Below are positions 56,546-64,000 of a DNA stretch of 64,000 bases, one piece after another. Source of the stretch: the human T2T-CHM13v2.0 reference genome, Homo sapiens; NCBI RefSeq assembly GCF_009914755.1, contig NC_060936.1; one strand, written 5' to 3'. Numbering within the stretch: the first letter of the stretch is position 1; each line of letters starts with the position of its first letter. Made by a program: the position numbers and the translations under genes. Under the pieces are notes generated by a model. That model was not told the DNA's origin, ran no database searches, and saw only the letters and a list, made by a program, of their open reading frames with translations.

Positions 56546-56933
56546 TAGAACTCACAATTCTATAATTGTAAGACTCAATTCTGACTATAACTTCAGAATT
56601 GAAAATTCACCACTTTGGCAGTGAGAATTCTGAGAGAAATGCATTAAGCTTGAGTCCTACCAGGTCCATTTTGTGGATGATTCTTATTGGGGCCCCAGTA
56701 GTATCATCCACCAAAGAGGACTTCTCATTATTTTGTTGACTTAGGGACTCCCAGACCATTCAAGTAAGGTAAATGCAAACCTCTGACTCTCAGGAAGCTG
56801 GTCACATGGTTATGAAATTTCAGGAACATTTTTTTCCCTTCTACTCATAGCTCAGTCTCAACAGTCAAAAGCTTCTTCTCTGTAGGTGAGTAGAGTGTTT
56901 CCTTCCTTACAAATCTTTCCTGGTTTTACGTGA

Positions 56934-57316
<383 letters not shown>

Positions 57317-57679
57317 CCATTCTACACGTTTTAAATGTACAATTAGAAATGCCTAAAAACCTAATCCCCCCAGTACTTGTCCCAACACCCTGAGTTGCCT
57401 CACCTCATTCCATTCACTGACGGCACTTGTTTTCAGTTCTTGCTTGTTTTCCCTCCAGGAGGTCTTCCTTATTTTCTTGTGAGTTCAGCTTTGCATTTAG
57501 AAAAATGTACATTATCATTTGTTCAGCATTTGTAGGAGAGTTGTTAGGTCATCTAAGCTGCCATATTGTAGGAAATGGAGACCTAACCCCCTGACGTAAG
57601 TGGTCAAAAATCCTAATTTGATGACCCCCTATTACCTGGGCATTACAACTAAGCTCTTCAGCATTGCCTTTAGAAAACA

Positions 57680-58043
<364 letters not shown>

Positions 58044-58604
58044 CTAGTCACACAGACAACTCATGGTTCTACAAATTTTCATACATCTACAACTGTCAAA
58101 CTTAGGCTATGCCATGCCCTTCTCCCAAAGGGTCTTTGTTTTCCCTTTCACAAACTTTTATTCTCTGGCCAAAGCAAACCTCAAATATTAACTCGTCTGT
58201 AAAACCCACTCCAACTTCCCAAAATACAATCAATCAAGTTCTCTCCTATGCTGCCATTGCATTTGAATATTCCTTGTTTGTGATCGTTATTACATTGCAC
58301 GGTCTCTGTTTTTATGTTTCGACTAGATTCAGATCTTCTAGAGGCCAACACAGGGTTTTATGTACCATCCCCAACCCTTAGCACAATCCCTGGCACATAG
58401 TGGTTACTCATTAATGCTATAGCAAACTTCTTGGATTGCGAGACTACTTGATTCTTGCCAAGAGAAGTATAGTTTGAAATTATGACCTCTGTGGGTGTCG
58501 TAAGCAGTCTTATTGTTAAAAATCTCCACGTAGCCACTAATTGTCAGAGGTGCTAGGTGAGCCACAATACGTGGAAAAGAGATTTAAAACAGTCCATCTA
58601 CAAC

Positions 58605-58908
58605 TTATTTATTGATTGATTTTGAGACAGAGTCTTGCTCTGTTGCCCACCCAGGCTGGAGTGCAGAGGTGCGATCTTGGCTCATTGCAGCCCCCGCCTC
58701 CTGTGTTCAAGTGATTCTCGTGCCTCAACCTCACGAGTAGCTGGGATTACAGGGATAGGCCATGAAGCCAAGCTAATTTCTATATTTTTAGTAGAGATGG
58801 GGTTTCACCATGTCGGCCAGGCTGGTCTCCACTCCTGACCTCAAGTGATCCACCTGCCTTGGCCTCCCAAAGTGCTGGGATTACAGGCATGAGCCACCAT
58901 GCCCAGCC
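58605..58908 (-). mobile_element. AluS (Sz-like)
   Basis: Full antisense Alu; TSD catctacaa. Confidence 0.92.
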
Positions 58909-59164
58909 CATCTACAATTTTGATTACATGTCAGTCCTGATTCATGACTAAGTTCTGCTGCTATATCTAACTGAGTAGATTTTTGTAATCTAAGGCAGAC
59001 AGCACCACCAAAACACCACCAGGCTGCCTTACTCGTTGTTGTAACCCGTGGCATAGTGACTGGCATGGACACAAGTGTGAACTTGACTCCACCTCTGGAC
59101 ACAGGGCTGGGCTCTCTCTCACTCACCCTTGTATGTACCTGGCACATTGAACACACTCACTGAG

Positions 59165-59512
59165 TGTATTAGTCCGTTTTCACGCTACTGATAAAGACAT
59201 ACCTGAGACCGGGAAGAAAAAGAGGTTTAGTTGGACTTACAGTTCCACATGGGTGGGAAGGCCTCAGAATGATAGTGGGAGGCAAAAGGCACTTCTTACA
59301 TGGCAGCGGAAAGAGAAAAATGAGGAAGAAGCAAAAGCAGAAACCCTTGCTTTCAGATCTCGTGAGACTTATTAACTATAACGAGAATAGCACAGGAAAG
59401 ACCGGCCCCCGTGATTCCATTACCTCCCCCTGGGTCCCTCCCACAACACATGGGAATTCTGGGAGATCAATTCAAGTTGAGATTTGGATTGGGACACAGC
59501 CAAACCATATCA
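59165..59512 (-). mobile_element. THE1 (A/B-like) solo LTR
   Basis: tgtattagtccgttttcacgct...ggacacagccaaaccatatca; inserted in an L2 terminus. Confidence 0.92.
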
Positions 59513-59713
59513 GCAAGTGTTGGCTAAACAAATGAATGAATGATTGAATAAACTTAACTAGGTAGAAACTGAATGCATGAGAAAATTCCAGATCTATAGT
59601 TATGAAGAGAGGGAACCAAAAGGCTATCATTTTGGATAAAGAGGAAAAAAATTAATTTTCATAACTTGTTTTGGGTTTTGCTTCATCATGCATGCTAGTC
59701 TTATTTGTTTGCT

Positions 59714-59748
59714 CCATCCATCCATCCGTCCGTCCATCCATCCATCCA
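59714..59748. repeat. (CCAT)n/(CCGT)n simple repeat at an antisense L2 end
   Basis: ccatccatccatccgtccgtccatccatccatccatt. Confidence 0.8.
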
Positions 59749-59864
59749 TTTACTCATCCACTTAGCATTCATCCACTCAAGAAACATTTTCCAAGCACCT
59801 AATGTGAGCCAAGCACTCTGCTTTGGGTTTGGAGACTTTAGGTTGGTGTTAAGAAAAACTTCCT

Positions 59865-60231
<367 letters not shown>

Positions 60232-63200
60232 TCAAAACTTTCATTCCGTGATCCATCCATTTATTTGTTCATCTATTTATTCAGCAAATATCTTTGAGCA
60301 CATCCTGTCTGCCAGACAGTGGGAGGCAGGCACCAGGAATTCATTCTTTTTTTATGGACTCATTCATTTAATTAGTAATTCTTAAGCACCTAAAAAGTGG
60401 CAGGCGTACATGGGGTCTCCATTTTTAAAGAGCTTAAGTAATAATAGTGGTAGTGTTCAGGTGGTAGACAAGTAAACAAACAAGTAAATAAATAAATTTA
60501 GATAATGATAAGGCCAAAAATAATAATAAAATATGTGCTAGAGAGATACCGCCTCTGCCCTCAGAGAGCAGAAATTTCTAAGTAAACAGGGCTATCACCA
60601 GATTATCTGAGTAACTGCTACCTACCTGGGTTCTTTTGACTTGAATGTGTGACCTGGCCTGGGGGCAGAGGAGGGAGGTCTTGGAGAGAATGGAGCCAGA
60701 AGGCCATGGAGGCCTCTCCAGACCTGCATCTCATGTCAGCGGGACAGAGCTCCTTGCCCTGTGGCCCCCGCTGACCTGCCTGAGCTGTCTTCCGGGAGGG
60801 CAAATATCTGCCTTCAAGCCACTCAGATGAAACCCCCACCCTGCCCCCTTGGTTGGAACTTTGCCTCACTGGTGACCTGGTTTTGAACTAGTGACCTGGA
60901 GGTGAATGACTCCGTATCTCATTACTAATTCTCCACAGCCGCCACTTCTTCCTGCCAGCCACAAGCAGGAATGTTTGACAAGGATGAGGACAGAAGTCCA
61001 GCCAGGGGCCCTGAACCCATCAGCCGTGGCACCCACCCCAGCTTCAACCCCTGCCATCTGGCCTTCTGCCATTCCTCCCATCCTTGGCCTGACTGAACAG
61101 GTTTTGAAAGAGGCCAAGGTCACCCTGGGGCCAATCTCCACAGATGGATTCAGCCTGAGACTCAGCTGTGGTCTGGCTGGGACATGAATGCTCAGGGCCG
61201 ACACATGCTCCTCCCTCGTGGTGGACGTAAGGCTGGTGAAGTCTGCACCTCCACCAGGTGGGATCTGACTAGATCTAGAAACTATAAACTCCCCGCATTA
61301 GCCTGACTCCCTCTTCTCTCCACCCTATTTCCTTCTGCACCCCAATTTTCTGGTTTCCCAGTTCTGCTAGTTTTTTGAGTACTCTTGCCCTTCAAGAGAC
61401 CATCCTCACCTCTCTGAGTTTAGTGTTCAGGGCAGGTGACCTCCATCCAGGAACCTGGACAAATACTGATAAGAAAAAGTCATTGAGTGACTTAGCAGGG
61501 GCTCAATCCTCTCCCTCTTCTTTCCCAGCCAGGAGATCTCCGAAGCCGCCAGTCCCAGCAGTTCACTGGGCTGAGGCCCATCACCTTCAGGGGATGCCCA
61601 AGTCCTGGAGGAGCACTGGCCTGTCTGAGCTCAGGCTTTTCAGGGGAAGCGGGCTGGGCTGTTGGAGGTTGTGTGGAAAAGTGCTCAGGACGGTGGATCT
61701 CCTAATTCTTGCTTTAGTGAGCACAATTGCTCTGGGCCTTATGTTTCCATTATATGAGCTGGCATGAAATACATTCTCTTTTTGTAGGGGCTTATGGTAT
61801 AGGAAAGTGGAAGTGCTTCATCTTTTCTTAAAAGTATAGCCTTCACCATTGCACTTTCAGTATATTTTTGTAAGAGCATGCATTGCATTATACTCAAATA
61901 TTCTCTTCATGCAACTGTTTCCTCCACTAGACTGCAAATTCCTCAAAGACAAGAACCCTTTCTTATTTATTTTTGTTTCTTCACTGGTGACTGAGTAAGT
62001 AAATGATGAAGACAGTATCTATGTATATAGCCCATAAAGAGTGAATTCAAATTTTATTCCCTGCCTCTTTGGATTTATCTTAGAGTTTATGTTCAACGAT
62101 GGTCATATTTAATAAGTCAGACACTAAAAAAATCTGATATAAAATTTAAAATCAAAACTTACTGAAAAGACAAATGAGCGAATGATATTCTGGTTAACAA
62201 TAGACTCAGACTCACTTGAAATGGTGAGCTTTATAATAACCCATAATTCAGTTCACACAAAATTAGCATGCTTCCAGTCTTTAACTGGAATGCTCAGGTT
62301 TCATAGGAGGAAAAATAAGTGTCATCAAAACTCAGTTGGCAATGTGTTTCTTGTGATCACGAAGCAGTCTGGGATCTGACACGCCTTTGGACTGTGAGTC
62401 TCATGATCCGCCATCCTTGGATACATCCTCAGATTCATCAAGTTGAGACGGTCAGAAAAGCATGCAGGGGCACTTCTCTGTTTGGCACACGGCCAGTGTT
62501 GGAGCACGGACTTTACAAGGAAATAGTTTTCTCAAACTTTATCCCGGTACCATTTTCCTCGCTTTCATTCCCAGCTATGTACAAAATTCTTGCTATTCCT
62601 AGAGAGAGAACAAAAAGCCACAGTGGGAAATGAAAGATTTGGCATTGACGTCTCAGTCTGTGACTTCTAGGCCTCCAAATAAGGCTTTCTCTCCTCTCTT
62701 CTCGTTCTTTAACAGCCCTCAGTCACAAAATTCAGCTAAATATACCACATCAATCTCTGCAGTTTGTCTTCACGGTCAGCATGCCGTCAAGGTCGTTGTA
62801 CACCACGTCACCTTCTCTGTGACCTTGAGCAGGTCACTCTGCTTCCCCCTCTCGGCCTTACTTTCTTCATCCTTAAATGGAGTGCAAAGGACTAGATGGT
62901 TTCAGATTTCCCCTCCAGTTTGGAGTGTGTTTGTTCATGACAGGATTCCCGGTTCCTAGCACAGTCCCTGGCACAGAGGGAGAGCTTAGTAAATGTCTGT
63001 TAACTCTGTGAATAAATCCGGTGATTTAACGAATCCATCCATTCCATGGTGCCGGAGAAAGGAGCAGGGGCTGAGCTTTAAGTGCTACTGTGTCATAGCT
63101 TGCTGGGTGAACTTAGTAAGTCGCTTCCCCTCTCTAAGTCCAGAGAGGGAATGAGCTTAACCCAAGGTCATACAGCCAGTAAGAGCAGAGCTAGGACTAA

Positions 63201-63889
63201 AACACGGACCTTCTGATTCTCTTTTACCAAGATGCCGTGCTTCAAAGGTCTTTTTTAAACTGGGAGAGGGCGCTGAGGACCTGTTGATATCATTTTTCTG
63301 TCTAGACTCTGGATTTAGAGCAACCACCACAAACTTGAGAACAAACACATGCTTGCAAAAAAGAAAGCCTCCCAGGGGCCCCTAACCAACAATTTCTCCT
63401 TCACTGCCAGTTTGAGATAAGCAGCCACCAAGGAGGCTGAGTGACGTGGACTCAGCCCACAGCCCTGCCCAGCAAGGGCTTGCTGCTTCCTCCTAGAGGC
63501 GGCTCATGTCTGGGCTGGTGGCACACACTTCTGCTTCTATTGCCTCCTAGGTGTGGGTGCCAGACACTAGAAAGAAAGCTGAGAGTAAAAGCTTAAATCA
63601 CGACGGTTTCCTTTGACCTACACCTTCTGCAAGGCAGAGGTGGCTCTGGCTCTGGTGATTAGCTATGTGCTTGAGGTGGCCTGAGCTGGGCCAGGGTTGC
63701 CCCAGTGGGTCCTGGTACCAGCTGTAAGCTTACCTCTACTCAGCTTCCCCCACTCCCAGCAGGAGGGATCATCTTCACCTTCTCCTTCCCTGGCACTGTG
63801 ACTGAGGAGTATGCTTGGAACCAGACTCCAATATACTGATTTCCAGCACAGTTCTTGCTGTCAGAGGGGCTGTGAAAAGGTCCGGCCTT

Positions 63890-64000
63890 CGCGTTCCAGC
63901 TTTGCTGCTTGCTAGCTCTGTGACTTTGGGCTGTTTCATTCTCTCTGTGCTTTGGTTTACTCATCTGTAAAATGAGCATAATAACAGCTCCCTCATGAGA
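63890..64000 (+). mobile_element. MIR, runs off the window end
   Basis: gctctgtgactttgggc...ctctctgtgctttggtttactcatctgtaaaatg. Confidence 0.75.

Noticed and set aside
61248-61265. CTCF-like CCACCAGGTGGGAT
   Set aside because: Lacks the near-invariant C after GG

Overview
This window is non-coding primate (human-like) genomic DNA, either intergenic or deep intronic. I can support no protein-coding gene, tRNA, rRNA, snRNA, CRISPR array or processed pseudogene. The ORF track is explained by Alu, L1, LTR and Tigger remnants or by chance. About 30 Alu copies or fragments (J, S and Y types) are present, along with old L1M/L1P pieces, L2, MIR, MaLR LTRs (3 THE1, 1 MST, MLT1) plus a MaLR internal region, an LTR47-like solo LTR and DNA-transposon relics (MER2, MER20 x2, MER30, MER33, MER91, a Tigger transposase fragment). 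I found no new multi-gene system. The strongest unexplained signal is a ~16.7 kb Alu-free interval (18332-35072). It contains a unique-sequence block (~21190-21860) with a perfect DR2 nuclear-receptor element, a perfect PBX-MEIS/PREP decamer, TCF and SOX sites and a TATA+Inr pair, so it is a candidate developmental enhancer or promoter. Several Alus have unusual structures: a trimer, an inverted tail, a duplicated tail and a 3' deletion. There is also a 54-bp x3 minisatellite. Repeat subfamily names are recalled from consensus sequences by eye, not from a RepeatMasker run, and the boundaries of old repeats are approximate.
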